Shown: piece by piece, positions 1 to 10,081 of the stretch
Layout: every line of letters starts with the position of its first letter
Numbering within the stretch: position 1 is the stretch's first letter
DNA from: Elainellaceae cyanobacterium
GTDB taxonomy: Bacteria; Cyanobacteriota; Cyanobacteriia; CAZCXK01
DNA length: 22,811 nucleotides
NCBI GenBank assembly: GCA_051117555.1
Contig: JBNPEG010000105.1
Span: 1-22,811, forward strand
Reading direction: 5' to 3'
Translations under genes and position numbers: made by a program
Notes under the pieces: generated by a model
What the model was told of the DNA's origin: nothing
The model's database searches: none
The model's input: only the letters and a program-made list of their open reading frames with translations

Positions 1-129
1 CTGGCGATCGCCTCTTCCGAGTTTTTATTGAGACGTGGTTGTATGGGGCAAACTCACACAGGTTTTTCCTGATAGATTTGCTCCTATGCCCCGCTCTTGG
101 GTTGAGCAGCCAGGATCATTCATAAAAAC

Positions 130-3100
130 CTAGACAGCGACAAAGGCAGTGTCTCCGGCTGCGCTGAGTGCATTGGGGGCAATGCCGACCACTCGTGCTA
201 ACACCTCATCGCCTAAGGAGATTAAGGTATCGTTGCGATTGGAGGCAAACGCGAGCTGATCGACGGTGAGGCCATTGTCCAAACCGATTTGGTCAGTGCC
301 TAAGACGAAGTCGCGGATGACATCGGTGCCGTTGCCTGCGGCTAAGACAAACAGGTCTGCACCAGCGCCACCAATGAGGGTGTCGTTGCCGAGTCCGCCG
401 TCGAGCAGGTCGTCGCCGCTGCCGCCTTTGAGTAGGTCGTTTCCAGTTCCACCCACGAGAATGTCGTCCCCGTCTTGGCCGTTGATCTGGTCATCTCCAG
501 CATTGCCGTAGATGGCATCATTGCTGCCCGCTGAGCCGCGGATGCGATCGCCCCTCAATATGTCATCACCGTCACCACCGAGGATGGTGTCGTCGCTGAG
601 GTCACCGTTGGCAATGTCGTTGCCGCCAAAGCCATTGATGCGATCGCCCGCAGGAGTTCCCGGCAGGTTTTCGGAAGAGTCAGACCCGTCGATGGCGTTA
701 AAGCCACTAGGGTCGACTTCAAACTGGCTGACGATTCGCGGTTCACGGGCAAGAATGGCCTGCGGATCGGCCAGCACATCGGCTTCGCTATAGGCATCGA
801 TGCCATAGGTTGTCACTGTGAGCTTTTGCGTCTCAGCGTCGATATCCAACTCCGTCCAGCTAAAGGTGTGGGCTGACACGTAATCGCCTTGCAGCAGCGT
901 GGCGTCGATTAAGCCATCGGCAACATCCAAGTTGTTATTCAAGCCAATGGGGTCATAGCCAAACAGCGCAGTCTGTTCGGTGAGCAATGCCTTCAGGAAG
1001 TCATCTTTATCATCGACCGTACTATCGGTGTCTGGCGCAATGGGCAGAGAGTCGTAGAAAGCCTGCTGTTCTGGCGTAATTAGTCCGGCGGCAGCGCTGA
1101 GGCCAACAACGGCAGGCCCAAACCGACCATCAAAGAAGGCAACGGGGCCGGTCACAATCTCAAAGGCATTGGTCGCAATCTGCTCCTGACCGGGCCCCAT
1201 CTGATAGGTGAGATTGTTGACCAACGTGCCGTGGAAATCGCCAGCCATGAAGACGACGTTGTTGATGGCGTTGTCGTCGATGAATTGCAGCAGTTCGGTG
1301 CGCTCTGCCGCGTAGCCTTCAAATCGATCTTCGGCATTGACGACGCCAAAGTTTTGGATCGGCTCTGGAATCACGACAAACTTCCAGGTGGTGCCGCGCT
1401 GTTCGGCATTGAGCAAGTCTTGCTTGATCAACTCCAGTTGCGCTTCACCGAGCAAGGTGCGATCGGGATTGAACGTTTCTGCGATGAATGCGGCTGGATT
1501 CGTCAGGTCGGCGGGTTCGAGCTGATCGTCGCGGAAGGAACGGCTATCGAGCACAAACACCGATGCATCGCTGCCATAGTCGCGAGTCCGATAGAGCTTG
1601 CGTTCTCCAGCCGTGCGATCGTCGCCCGTTTCACCATAGAATTCATCCTGAATCGGGTGATACTCCTGATAGGCTTGCAGCGCGTCTTCATAGACCTGAG
1701 TGTCATTGACGAACTCAACGTCGTCTGTAAACAGAGGATCAGGAGACGAACCAATGTCGGGCGCATCGGGCGATTCACCCGGCGCGGCTCCGCCCGCAAA
1801 GTTATCGACGATTTCGTGATCGTCAATGGTGCTGAGAATCGAGGTGGATTCATACAAATCTGATACCGCGTTGGAACCGAAGCGATCGCCCACTACTTCA
1901 GCATGTTTAATACGGAACTCATCGAGCGTGCGGGCTTGGGTCACACCGGGCAGAGCGGGCGTCTCTAAGTCAGCGTAAATGGTGTCGCCCAGCTTGATGA
2001 AGAAATCGAGGTCGCTCGCGGCTGCCGAATCGAGAATGGGGTAAGGGGGTGCCTGCTGCCAGTCGCCCGAAATGCCGAATCGCACGCCTGCTTGCTCACC
2101 CTGTTCGTTGGGTGTGCGGAACTGCCCCGATTCGGTTGCGCCCGCTGCATCGGTGACGCGATAGAAGTACTGCGTCCCTGCCTCCAAGTCGTCAATTTCG
2201 ACCTTGACCGGGCGATCGGGGTAAGTCACCTCTGCGGTCACAGTGCCTGCGAGGGTGGCAAAGTCCGCGTCAGTGGAATAGTTGAAGGTTACATCGCCTA
2301 AGACGGTGCTGCGAGTCCACAGCACGGCAGAATCTTGATCGACGTCGCCGCTCGCCACGCCATTGGGCAGGCTGTCTGTCATTGGATCGCGCGGATCGTA
2401 GGTGAACGGATCGATGATTAGATTTTCGTCAAAGACGGTTGCAATATCATCCCAGGCGATGTATTTGAAATTGGCATTGAAGTTCTGGATTTCACCATCT
2501 TCAGGGTCTTGAAACACTACGGCAGGTTCGTTAGAGCCGTCTTGAACGACCAGCAAGCCAAAGGGGAAGTCGTCGCCCAGCGGCACGTTGATGATATCAG
2601 CCCCGTCGGATTCTTCGACGCCATCAATGCCGTTGGTGCCGCCGATGGCAAAGCTGCCGATGTATTCGGTGGTCTGGCGATCGAACACCGCATAGGTGCT
2701 ATCGCCTTGGCTGGAAGCAAGCAAATAGCCCGACCCGTTCGCCCCGTAGTAGATCGTTAATCCTTCGATGTCGGGCTGGAGGAAGTCTTCTTCAATCGAA
2801 GCGACGAGGGTGAGGTCGTCTCCCGCATCGGGTTCAGCATTGAACTTGAGAATGCCGACTTCTTCTTCCAGCGCGATATAGCCCACGCCGAATTCTCGGT
2901 CAATGACGATGCCTTCTGACTGCGAATCTTCAGGGTCGCCGGTGGGCACGGGCAGATCCAGCGTCCGCACGACTTCAGCGCCAACCGTGCCATCAGCATT
3001 GGCAATCAGTTCTAACTGGGCAACTTGAGCCCCATCGCGCTGAGTGGTGAAGGCATAGGAAATGCCCGTGGTGGGGCTGGTGTAGGTGGCGAGTCCGTAA

Positions 3101-5778
3101 GCGGTTTGTTCGCCATCATCCACGCCGAAGATGGTTGCAAGAATGTCAGCAGAGGTAATGTCGGTAAGCTGGCGCGTTTCGGGGTCAATGCGGAAGATGG
3201 CGAGGGTGTCATTGCCGCGATCGCTCGCCACCGCTAAATCTACCAATTCTCCATTCAGATTGAAGCCGTACACCAAATCCACATTGTTGAAGCGCACGCC
3301 CTCTGGCGAAATGTCCTGGAGTTCTTCGCCATTCAGGTCAAATACCTTCAGTCCGGTGTTCTTCAACGTAGTAATGACGAAGCTCTGGGACGAATCCGTC
3401 GGATGGACGTAAATCGCAGGATCATCTGGGTCGGACTCTTGTGCCAAATCGGGATTGTCTGGATCGCCAAAGCGAATTTCATCCGGGGTTTCTAGAACGG
3501 GCTGAACGTCTGGAATTTCCGTAAAATCGAGCGCAAAGGCGAAGAACTGGGTGAACTGAGTGTCGCTAAAGTTGTTGTCGCTAGCGACAATCAAAGACTG
3601 GCGACCGTCGGGTAAGACAGGACCCAGCGCCAGGGCTTCTCCATTGTCGAGGGTGAGTCCAAGCTCGCTGAAGTCGAAGAGAAGTTCTTTGGTGGCGATC
3701 GCATCGACATCAAATGGCTCACCCGCCTCGACTCCAAACGGATTGCCCTCATCTGCTAGCACGCCATCGACGTTGCTCAAATCGGTTGTCAGTTGCGTTT
3801 GCACGTCGTAGAGTTTGAGGGAATTTCCGACGCCAACCGAGAAGGAACGCTCTAGGGCGAGGAGCGTCCCGGTGTTGTCGAGTGCTAAAAGTTCGACTAA
3901 GCCATTAGTAGCAAAGGCATCATTGGGAACAGGGGCAGCGGCGATCGCATCAGTTTCATAGAGGAATTCCTTAACGGGTTCGCCTGTTTCCAGGTCGTAC
4001 TGGATGATGCGAACTGGACTGCCGTCTTCCAAACTCGCCGCATCTCCGTCTTGGATAATGGCGTTCTCCGTAGCAGTATAGAGAAACCGCTGATCGGTCG
4101 TGATCGTTAGGCTTTCAAACGCCAAATTATTGCGAATACCGCTACTGCCGTCCGCAGTCGGCAAGAACTTTTCAGGAATTGGCAATTCATCGCGTTGCTC
4201 CCCGTCCAATGAAAACTCATTGATGAACGGATCGAGCAGTGCATTGACATCTCCTTCTGACGAAACATAAATCGTACCGTCATTCGTCAACGCAATGCCT
4301 TCTGGATCAAGGCTCAGTTCGGCATACGGTTCTCCTGCCTCATTCAGCAGCGTGGTGACATCGGTAAACGTGATGTCGCCATCGTCGAGCGTTCCGTCGT
4401 CGAGATCGATTGACAGCGTATAAAACCGAGCCGGATCAAACTGGCTGCGATCGTCTGCGATGGCGTAGTAGATATCGTTGGCTGTGTCGTAGGCGAGTCC
4501 CGACAGGCCGCCAACGGTCGTCTCCTCAAACTCAAATCCTGTGGGGAAGGTGACTTCGCCCAAAAACTCGATGCCTGCAACCTGCCTGCGAGTCGAATCG
4601 GGGGTGCCCACGGCTACGTCGGTATAGACTAACCGATGATCAGAACTGGGGAAGGGAAAGTCTCCCACCAAATCAAAGAGCGGATCGTCACTGGGGGGCC
4701 AAAATACTCCCGCACCTGTAATGGCTAAACTCTGAGACGGCAGCACGTAGTCAGCGCGAAGATTTCCCGGACTCGTATCCGCAAAGTCTGCTGTGTCAAA
4801 GGCTGGATTGCCTTCATGTTCGTTATTTGCGCCCCCTTGACGTTCTGCCGCGTCCACGCCTCCTTCACTACTAGGAGTCACCGACGTGTTGAACAATGGA
4901 TTGTCGAGCAACTGCAAAATCGCGTCGTCGGTGTCATCCCCATCAAACGGATCGGCGTTTTGATCACCCATAACCACAAACCGCTCCCCTAGGGATAGCC
5001 CACCCCTATTGCCCTCGTCATCATAGATATAGGCACCTTGTCCAGGAGTCACATAATCTGACCAGAAGCGAATTTCATCGTGGTTGCGCCGCCCATTGAA
5101 GTCCACGCCTTCCGGGAAGAAAGGCGGATCATCAAACACGGGAGGAGTTGGGTGGCTAGCAAGGACGTGAACAATGTCGCCGTCAATTTCGATCGGAATA
5201 TCCCAATGGCTCTTGGAAGATAGGCGAAATGCATCGAGTTCGTCGGGAGAATACCAGTCGGCTGGCTCTGGAGTGCTCGGATCATCAGGCAGCAGCGCCC
5301 CCGGCATGTCTTGCCAGAGAAAAGTCTGAAACGTACGAATCTCGTCTTCGACGATGGGGTGCTGCGAGTACACCACCATCGCAAACTGTCCGGGAAAGTT
5401 GCCAAAACCAAACGCGTCATTACCATAGCCGGGTGCGCCAGGAGTGGTGACAATTTCACCGTTGTTGTCTAAATCAAAGCCAGATGCGATGCCTGTATTG
5501 GACGGCGCGAGGTAAACATAGGGATACTCAATCGGATCGACCCCGTTTTGGCTCACCGATAAATAGTTGTCTTGAAAGAGCCGAGCCGCTGTACCGTCTT
5601 CATCGAAATCAAATTCATTAATCAGCACAACATCCGGGGCATTGCGCTGAATAATTTCTGCGATGGTTTGAGCTTGCTCGTTGTCAGGAGTCGAGAGATC
5701 GTCGATCAATTCTCCCTCGCTGGAGCGGTTGAGGGATGCATTGAAGGAGGCAAACCGGACAGAATCGGCACTGGGCAT
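130..5778 (-). CDS. Large multi-domain secreted phosphatase/phytase: EEP domain, esterase-like-activity-of-phytase domain, beta-propeller 3-phytase, PhoD alkaline phosphatase, RTX Ca-binding repeats
   Basis: ORF 130..5841; preferred start is ATG 5778 with GAGGA ~7 nt upstream. EEP motifs FASFNASLN, LINEFD, VMGDQNAD, RADYVLP, SSDHRLV (~5760-4615). Phytase-like esterase motifs GGLSGL, DPEGI, NLAFESL, SDNNF (~4570-3530). PhyC-type motifs DDPAIYVHP, RFNNVDL, SEGIVID, DIEGLTIY (~3510-2440). PhoD motifs GVASGD, LGDTIYAD, DDHE, LDSRSFR, GDFH (~2370-715). GGxGxD repeats (~700-330). Confidence 0.9.
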   Translation of the reverse strand: MPSADSVRFASFNASLNRSSEGELIDDLSTPDNEQAQTIAEIIQRNAPDVVLINEFDFDEDGTAARLFQDNYLSVSQNGVDPIEYPYVYLAPSNTGIASGFDLDNNGEIVTTPGAPGYGNDAFGFGNFPGQFAMVVYSQHPIVEDEIRTFQTFLWQDMPGALLPDDPSTPEPADWYSPDELDAFRLSSKSHWDIPIEIDGDIVHVLASHPTPPVFDDPPFFPEGVDFNGRRNHDEIRFWSDYVTPGQGAYIYDDEGNRGGLSLGERFVVMGDQNADPFDGDDTDDAILQLLDNPLFNTSVTPSSEGGVDAAERQGGANNEHEGNPAFDTADFADTSPGNLRADYVLPSQSLAITGAGVFWPPSDDPLFDLVGDFPFPSSDHRLVYTDVAVGTPDSTRRQVAGIEFLGEVTFPTGFEFEETTVGGLSGLAYDTANDIYYAIADDRSQFDPARFYTLSIDLDDGTLDDGDITFTDVTTLLNEAGEPYAELSLDPEGIALTNDGTIYVSSEGDVNALLDPFINEFSLDGEQRDELPIPEKFLPTADGSSGIRNNLAFESLTITTDQRFLYTATENAIIQDGDAASLEDGSPVRIIQYDLETGEPVKEFLYETDAIAAAPVPNDAFATNGLVELLALDNTGTLLALERSFSVGVGNSLKLYDVQTQLTTDLSNVDGVLADEGNPFGVEAGEPFDVDAIATKELLFDFSELGLTLDNGEALALGPVLPDGRQSLIVASDNNFSDTQFTQFFAFALDFTEIPDVQPVLETPDEIRFGDPDNPDLAQESDPDDPAIYVHPTDSSQSFVITTLKNTGLKVFDLNGEELQDISPEGVRFNNVDLVYGFNLNGELVDLAVASDRGNDTLAIFRIDPETRQLTDITSADILATIFGVDDGEQTAYGLATYTSPTTGISYAFTTQRDGAQVAQLELIANADGTVGAEVVRTLDLPVPTGDPEDSQSEGIVIDREFGVGYIALEEEVGILKFNAEPDAGDDLTLVASIEEDFLQPDIEGLTIYYGANGSGYLLASSQGDSTYAVFDRQTTEYIGSFAIGGTNGIDGVEESDGADIINVPLGDDFPFGLLVVQDGSNEPAVVFQDPEDGEIQNFNANFKYIAWDDIATVFDENLIIDPFTYDPRDPMTDSLPNGVASGDVDQDSAVLWTRSTVLGDVTFNYSTDADFATLAGTVTAEVTYPDRPVKVEIDDLEAGTQYFYRVTDAAGATESGQFRTPNEQGEQAGVRFGISGDWQQAPPYPILDSAAASDLDFFIKLGDTIYADLETPALPGVTQARTLDEFRIKHAEVVGDRFGSNAVSDLYESTSILSTIDDHEIVDNFAGGAAPGESPDAPDIGSSPDPLFTDDVEFVNDTQVYEDALQAYQEYHPIQDEFYGETGDDRTAGERKLYRTRDYGSDASVFVLDSRSFRDDQLEPADLTNPAAFIAETFNPDRTLLGEAQLELIKQDLLNAEQRGTTWKFVVIPEPIQNFGVVNAEDRFEGYAAERTELLQFIDDNAINNVVFMAGDFHGTLVNNLTYQMGPGQEQIATNAFEIVTGPVAFFDGRFGPAVVGLSAAAGLITPEQQAFYDSLPIAPDTDSTVDDKDDFLKALLTEQTALFGYDPIGLNNNLDVADGLIDATLLQGDYVSAHTFSWTELDIDAETQKLTVTTYGIDAYSEADVLADPQAILAREPRIVSQFEVDPSGFNAIDGSDSSENLPGTPAGDRINGFGGNDIANGDLSDDTILGGDGDDILRGDRIRGSAGSNDAIYGNAGDDQINGQDGDDILVGGTGNDLLKGGSGDDLLDGGLGNDTLIGGAGADLFVLAAGNGTDVIRDFVLGTDQIGLDNGLTVDQLAFASNRNDTLISLGDEVLARVVGIAPNALSAAGDTAFVAV

Positions 5779-5856
5779 TGTGAGATCCTCAATTGAACAC
5801 AATAGACGAGAGATAAGGGGAGATAAACGGGCGATCGCCAACGGGATACATCAAGC

Positions 5857-5895
5857 TGGCATATCAAATTGGCATATCAAACTGGCATGCGAAAT
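5857..5895. repeat. 13-bp tandem repeat x3 in the phosphatase 5' region
   Basis: TGGCATATCAAAT / TGGCATATCAAAC / TGGCATGCGAAAT. Confidence 0.7.
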
Positions 5896-5960
5896 CGGCG
5901 GCATCGATGGGTAAGATGCCTGCCACAAAACGCATGTCGAGTTTAAGGATTAGCTCAGAA

Positions 5961-5990
5961 TAGTTACTGAGTAGTTAATGGGGTCTTAAT
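5961..5990 (-). promoter_or_regulatory. Putative Pho box (SphR/PhoB site) for the phosphatase gene
   Basis: Minus-strand ATTAAGAC-n3-ATTAACTA-n3-AGTAACTA at exact 11-bp period. This resembles the cyanobacterial YTTAAYYW-n3 consensus and lies ~180 bp upstream of a phosphatase. Confidence 0.55.
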
Positions 5991-6190
5991 CTCAATGACT
6001 ATTCCCCAAAGGAACCTATCAGCTAGAGTTAAAGGTCTGTTTATCGAAGTCTTATCAGCACATTACGGCTCACAGGAGGAGCTTAACCATGTCCCAATCG
6101 GTGCAGCTAGCTTAAAATCAGGAAAGCTCACACTGCACAGGGGCATACTCTGCCCAACCATCAACCAATGCTCTCCAACTGATGTATCCG

Positions 6191-7054
6191 ATGACTTGCA
6201 GGACTACGCTACTGATCACCATCGTGTCAGGCACCGCCATTATGGGGTTGGTGGGCTGTCGAGACTCAGATTCTCAGTCTCCTGTGACTCCATCTCCTAT
6301 CGTGACGCCTTCTCCAACTCCGTCTCCCTCTCCTGTGACCAAGGTTGAGCAACCCTTTCAAGACGGGCTAGACATGGGGCTGAGCGCGGCAAATGCTGCT
6401 CAGGTCGCCGCATCTCAAGATGACTGGAATTTGGTTACGAGTCGTTGGCAACGAGCGATCGCCCTCTTGGAGTCTGTGCCAGAGTCAAATCCTAACTATG
6501 CGGCTGCTCAAGAGAAACTTGCTGAGTATCAGCGCAACTTGGCGATCGCCCAGCAGCGCGCTCAACAAGCTCCCGTTGAGGGGCGTCCCACCTCGGTGAT
6601 TTCTCAAGATGATCCGTCATCGACCGAAATCGCATCCGCGTTTGAACTGTGTCAGTCGGCTAGCCCGACCGGAGGGCCAGCGCCGCTTGAAATTACCAAT
6701 CCAGGATTTCAAGCCGATGAGTTTAACCCAGCGCAGGACGATATTGTTGGATGTTTGACCAATCATGGCGATCGCCCCATTAGCCAAGCCCGACTCACCT
6801 ACAGCTACGGCGACGACGACGGCGGAACCGATGGCGGAGTCAGCGATTTAGAATTTCCGACCGACGTCATTCAAGCAGGACAGACCATTCCCTTCCGGAC
6901 TGTCGTTCCGTTTGATCGCAGCGGAATCGAGCCAGATCAAGACAGCCCCCCGGTTGAAATTGTGTCGATTAGCTGGTGCTGGCAAGATGACGAAACGTGC
7001 AATATCGGCTCTACGCCCAACAGCACGGCGTTATCTCGTGTCGTTAATCGCTGA
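6191..7054 (+). CDS. Putative lipoprotein with Pro-rich linker, helical-hairpin (TPR-like) domain and C-terminal FxLYD-like Ig-fold domain
   Basis: Hydrophobic N-terminus ending in lipobox LVGC; PSPTPSP linker; cyanobacterial helical motif AAQVA..DW..V..RWQRAI.LL..VP....NY..AQ.KL.EY..NL; C-terminal G.LTN.GDRPI....LTY.Y.D..G...IQAGQT.PF. Start is ATG 6182 or 6191. Confidence 0.7.
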   Translation: MTCRTTLLITIVSGTAIMGLVGCRDSDSQSPVTPSPIVTPSPTPSPSPVTKVEQPFQDGLDMGLSAANAAQVAASQDDWNLVTSRWQRAIALLESVPESNPNYAAAQEKLAEYQRNLAIAQQRAQQAPVEGRPTSVISQDDPSSTEIASAFELCQSASPTGGPAPLEITNPGFQADEFNPAQDDIVGCLTNHGDRPISQARLTYSYGDDDGGTDGGVSDLEFPTDVIQAGQTIPFRTVVPFDRSGIEPDQDSPPVEIVSISWCWQDDETCNIGSTPNSTALSRVVNR

Positions 7055-7056
7055 GA

Positions 7057-7106
7057 TAGTGATCCTAAATCGCTTGTGAATGGGGTGTGAATGGGGTGTG
7101 AGTGGT
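7057..7106. mobile_element. Truncated, degenerate copy of the small repeat at 10082-10169
   Basis: CCTAAATCGCTTGTGAA at 7064-7080 is identical to 10091-10107. It is followed by an 11-bp duplication (TGTGAATGGGG x2) and GTGTGAGTGGTG, versus GTGTGAGCGGTG in the full copy. Confidence 0.6.
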
Positions 7107-7119
7107 GTTCTGCTATTCG

Positions 7120-9747
7120 CTAGGCAAGTTGAGACTTCAACTCGCTTCGAGCCGTTTCGAGCGCTTCAGGCAGCTTGCTGGCCTCTCGCCCCCCGGCTTG
7201 AGCCAGATTCGGGCGACCGCCGCCCCCGCCCCCACATATTTTGGCGATGCCGCCGATAAACTTACCGGCCTGTAGCTTCGCCTCTTTGTTGACCTGAGAA
7301 CCAAAGGCGGCGACTAGACTGACCTTGCCGTCTGCAGGAGTTGACCCCAAAACTACCGCTGCGCGATCGCCTAACTTTTGTGACAGGCGCTCGGCTGCGG
7401 TCTGGAGTGCCTTTGCGTCCATCTCACCCAGGTTAGCAACGAGGACTCGGTAATCGCCAACGGCTTCAGCCTCGTTGAGGAGCTGATCCGATTTGGCGAT
7501 CGCCAGTTCTGCTTTAACGGCCTCAAGCTGTTTCTGAGTGTCTTTGAGGTCTGCTTGCAGCGCATCAACCCGACCGACTACATCTTCAGGCTTCACTTTG
7601 AAGCGATCGCCCAGCTCTCTGACCACCTTGTCTCGCACTTTGAGATAATCCAGCACTGCTGGACCCGCCACCGCTTCGATGCGACGCACCCCAGATGAAA
7701 TGCCGGTTTCTGAGACAATTTTGAACGCGCCAATTTCTGCGGTGTTGTGAACATGCGTGCCACCACACAGCTCCATCGAAACACCCGGAAAGTCAATGAC
7801 TCGCACGCTATCGGCATACTTCTCGCCAAACATGGCGATCGCTCCTTTTGCTTTAGCGTCCGCAAGCGGCATCACCGATACGTCTGCTTCGTGCGCCTCG
7901 GCAATCCAGGTGTTGATCAGGTCTTCGATTTGTTCAAGTTCCTCAGGAGTCACGGGACGCGGGCAGTTGAAGTCAAACCGTAGGCGATCAAATGCTACCA
8001 GCGATCCTGCCTGAGAGATCGACGGGTCGACAATGTTTTTGAGAGCGGCTTGCAGCAGATGCGTCGCGCTGTGGTTTGCCTGAGCGCGTCGTCGGCACGC
8101 CCGATCGATTTGCGCCGTCACCGGCGTGCCGACCTGAAGCGTACCGCGCTCGACGTGCCCCAAATGAATGAAGAAATCCGTGTCTTTTTTGACATCTTCA
8201 ATCCGCACCAGCACGTTATCCCCTGACAAAAAGCCGCGATCGCCAATTTGCCCTCCCGACTCTGCATAGAAGGGAGTCTGGTCAAGGATAATTTGCACGT
8301 CTGCACCCGCCTCAGCCGATTCCGCTGCCTTGCCATTGACCAACAAGGCAACCACTTGTGCTGTCGATTGGGGTTCGGTATATCCCAAAAAGGCAGTGCT
8401 GTGAACATGCTCTGCGAGCTGATCAAGGCTACCTTGCACGGTTAGATCAATCGTTTCGTGAGCGTCACGGGCGCGTTCCCGCTGAGCTTCCATTTCTGTT
8501 TCAAACCCCGCCAGATCAACCGTAATGCCCTGTTCTTCCGCAATCTCCTGAGTTAACTCGAGCGGAAACCCGTAGGTATCGTAGAGCGTGAATGCGTCCT
8601 TGCCCGAAATCTGCTTCGGATGCTTGGCAAGAATATCAGCCAGCAGCTTTTCGCCACGTTCCAGCGTCTTGAGGAACTGAGTTTCTTCGCGTTGAAGCTC
8701 GGTTTTGATAAATTCGTCGCGCTGCCGCAAATTTGGGTAGGCGTCTTCACTGAGGGCGATCGCCGCCTCTGCGATATCGGTGATGAATGCTCGGTCAATG
8801 CCGATCAGTCGACCATGCCGAACCACCCGACGAATCAGCCGCCGCAGAATGTAGCCCCGTCCAAGATTAGACGCCGAAATGCCGTCTGCAATCATGTGGA
8901 TAACCGCACGGACGTGGTCGCCAATAACTTTCAGCGATACTTGAGTCGAGTCATCTGCCGTTTTATAGTCGAGTCCGGCAATAGCTGCCGTGGTTTCAAT
9001 AATCGGCAGAATTAAATCCGTCTCGTAATTGTTGGGGACGCGCTGAAGAATCTGCGCCATCCGTTCTAGCCCCATCCCAGTGTCAATATTTTGATTTTGC
9101 AGGGGAGTCAGATTGCCGTCTGCATCCCGATTAAACTGCATAAACACCAGGTTGTAGAACTCGATAAAGCGAGTGTCATCTTCTAAGTCAATGGCGTCGT
9201 CGCCGCGCTCTGGATGAAAGTCATAGTAAATTTCTGAACAGGGACCACACGGCCCCGTCGGACCCGACACCCAGAAATTATCCTCTTCATCCATGCGCTT
9301 GATGCGGTGCGGCGGTACTCCAATCTCGTCACGCCAGATTTCAAATGCCTCATCGTCTTCTCGAAAGACGCTGACTACCAACTGCTCGGGTGGCAGCTTA
9401 TAAACCTGGGTAGATAGTTCCCATGCCCAGGCGATCGCTTCGCGCTTAAAGTAGTCGCCAAAGCTAAAATTCCCCAGCATCTCGAAAAACGTATGATGTC
9501 GGGCGGTGCGTCCGACATTTTCGATATCATTCGTGCGAATACATTTCTGAGACGTGGTCGCTCGATCAAATTCTGCTTTGCGCTGCCCCAAGAAAATAGG
9601 CTTAAACGGCAACATGCCCGCAATCGTCAGCAAGACGGTTGGGTCTTCCGGCACAAGGGATGCGCTCGGCAGAATCGTATGCCCTTTGCTGGCATAAAAG
9701 TCAAGAAACGTTTTTCTAATCTGAGCGCCACTAAGAGAAGGGAACAT
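7120..9747 (-). CDS. alaS: Alanine--tRNA ligase
   Basis: 875 aa with [37 protein letters not shown], editing motifs HSATH and ELCGGTH, and C-Ala GGGGGGRP. Confidence 0.99.
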   Translation of the reverse strand: MFPSLSGAQIRKTFLDFYASKGHTILPSASLVPEDPTVLLTIAGMLPFKPIFLGQRKAEFDRATTSQKCIRTNDIENVGRTARHHTFFEMLGNFSFGDYFKREAIAWAWELSTQVYKLPPEQLVVSVFREDDEAFEIWRDEIGVPPHRIKRMDEEDNFWVSGPTGPCGPCSEIYYDFHPERGDDAIDLEDDTRFIEFYNLVFMQFNRDADGNLTPLQNQNIDTGMGLERMAQILQRVPNNYETDLILPIIETTAAIAGLDYKTADDSTQVSLKVIGDHVRAVIHMIADGISASNLGRGYILRRLIRRVVRHGRLIGIDRAFITDIAEAAIALSEDAYPNLRQRDEFIKTELQREETQFLKTLERGEKLLADILAKHPKQISGKDAFTLYDTYGFPLELTQEIAEEQGITVDLAGFETEMEAQRERARDAHETIDLTVQGSLDQLAEHVHSTAFLGYTEPQSTAQVVALLVNGKAAESAEAGADVQIILDQTPFYAESGGQIGDRGFLSGDNVLVRIEDVKKDTDFFIHLGHVERGTLQVGTPVTAQIDRACRRRAQANHSATHLLQAALKNIVDPSISQAGSLVAFDRLRFDFNCPRPVTPEELEQIEDLINTWIAEAHEADVSVMPLADAKAKGAIAMFGEKYADSVRVIDFPGVSMELCGGTHVHNTAEIGAFKIVSETGISSGVRRIEAVAGPAVLDYLKVRDKVVRELGDRFKVKPEDVVGRVDALQADLKDTQKQLEAVKAELAIAKSDQLLNEAEAVGDYRVLVANLGEMDAKALQTAAERLSQKLGDRAAVVLGSTPADGKVSLVAAFGSQVNKEAKLQAGKFIGGIAKICGGGGGGRPNLAQAGGREASKLPEALETARSELKSQLA

Positions 9748-9803
9748 CGGACATTTAGTTCACTAAACGGCAAGCTGTTTTATCTGAGGCCAATTAAATC
9801 TCA

Positions 9804-9872
9804 TCAGTCTAAATTCAGTCTAAATCTAGACTATCGCTTCTGATTCAAGACTGACATATTCAAGACTGACAT
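9804..9872. repeat. Two perfect short tandem duplications upstream of alaS
   Basis: TCAGTCTAAAT x2 (9804-9825) and ATTCAAGACTGACAT x2 (9843-9872). Confidence 0.85.
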
Positions 9873-10081
9873 AGATACGTGTCTCAGCAGACAATAAAGA
9901 CTCGACGAAGTGTTTTATCAGCGTCTTAGCCTGACCCTGCACCACCTTTGCCGCGACAGGCAGGCCGCTAAAGCCAGAAACCACGCTATCATCCTCTTTG
10001 AAGAAATATCCACCCCATTGGTTCATATTTTCAGTGATGTTATGAAATTTGACAAAGAGATCTGACCGATCAAGTCGCCCC

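Noticed and set aside
45..84. Imperfect hairpin GGGGCAAA...TTTGCTCC downstream of the phosphatase
   Set aside because: Bulged stem with no clear U-tract; too weak to call a terminator or REP.
5779..5841. N-terminal 21-codon extension of the phosphatase from the TTG at 5841
   Set aside because: ATG 5778 has a well-placed GAGGA and the extension is not a convincing signal peptide.
266..5914. Many 60-210 aa ORFs antisense to or out of frame within the phosphatase
   Set aside because: Shadow ORFs of a GC-rich gene with no recognisable motifs. The SSP repeats are the antisense of the RTX codons.
5995..6348. 117-aa plus-strand ORF
   Set aside because: Overlaps the promoter region and the lipoprotein in another frame; no motifs.
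7371..9843. Short ORFs overlapping alaS
   Set aside because: Lie within or antisense to a well-supported essential gene.
9826..10026. 66-aa minus-strand ORF upstream of alaS (and a ~50-codon plus-strand frame)
   Set aside because: No RBS or recognisable family, and its YVSLE repeat only reflects the 15-bp duplication. A small protein cannot be fully excluded.
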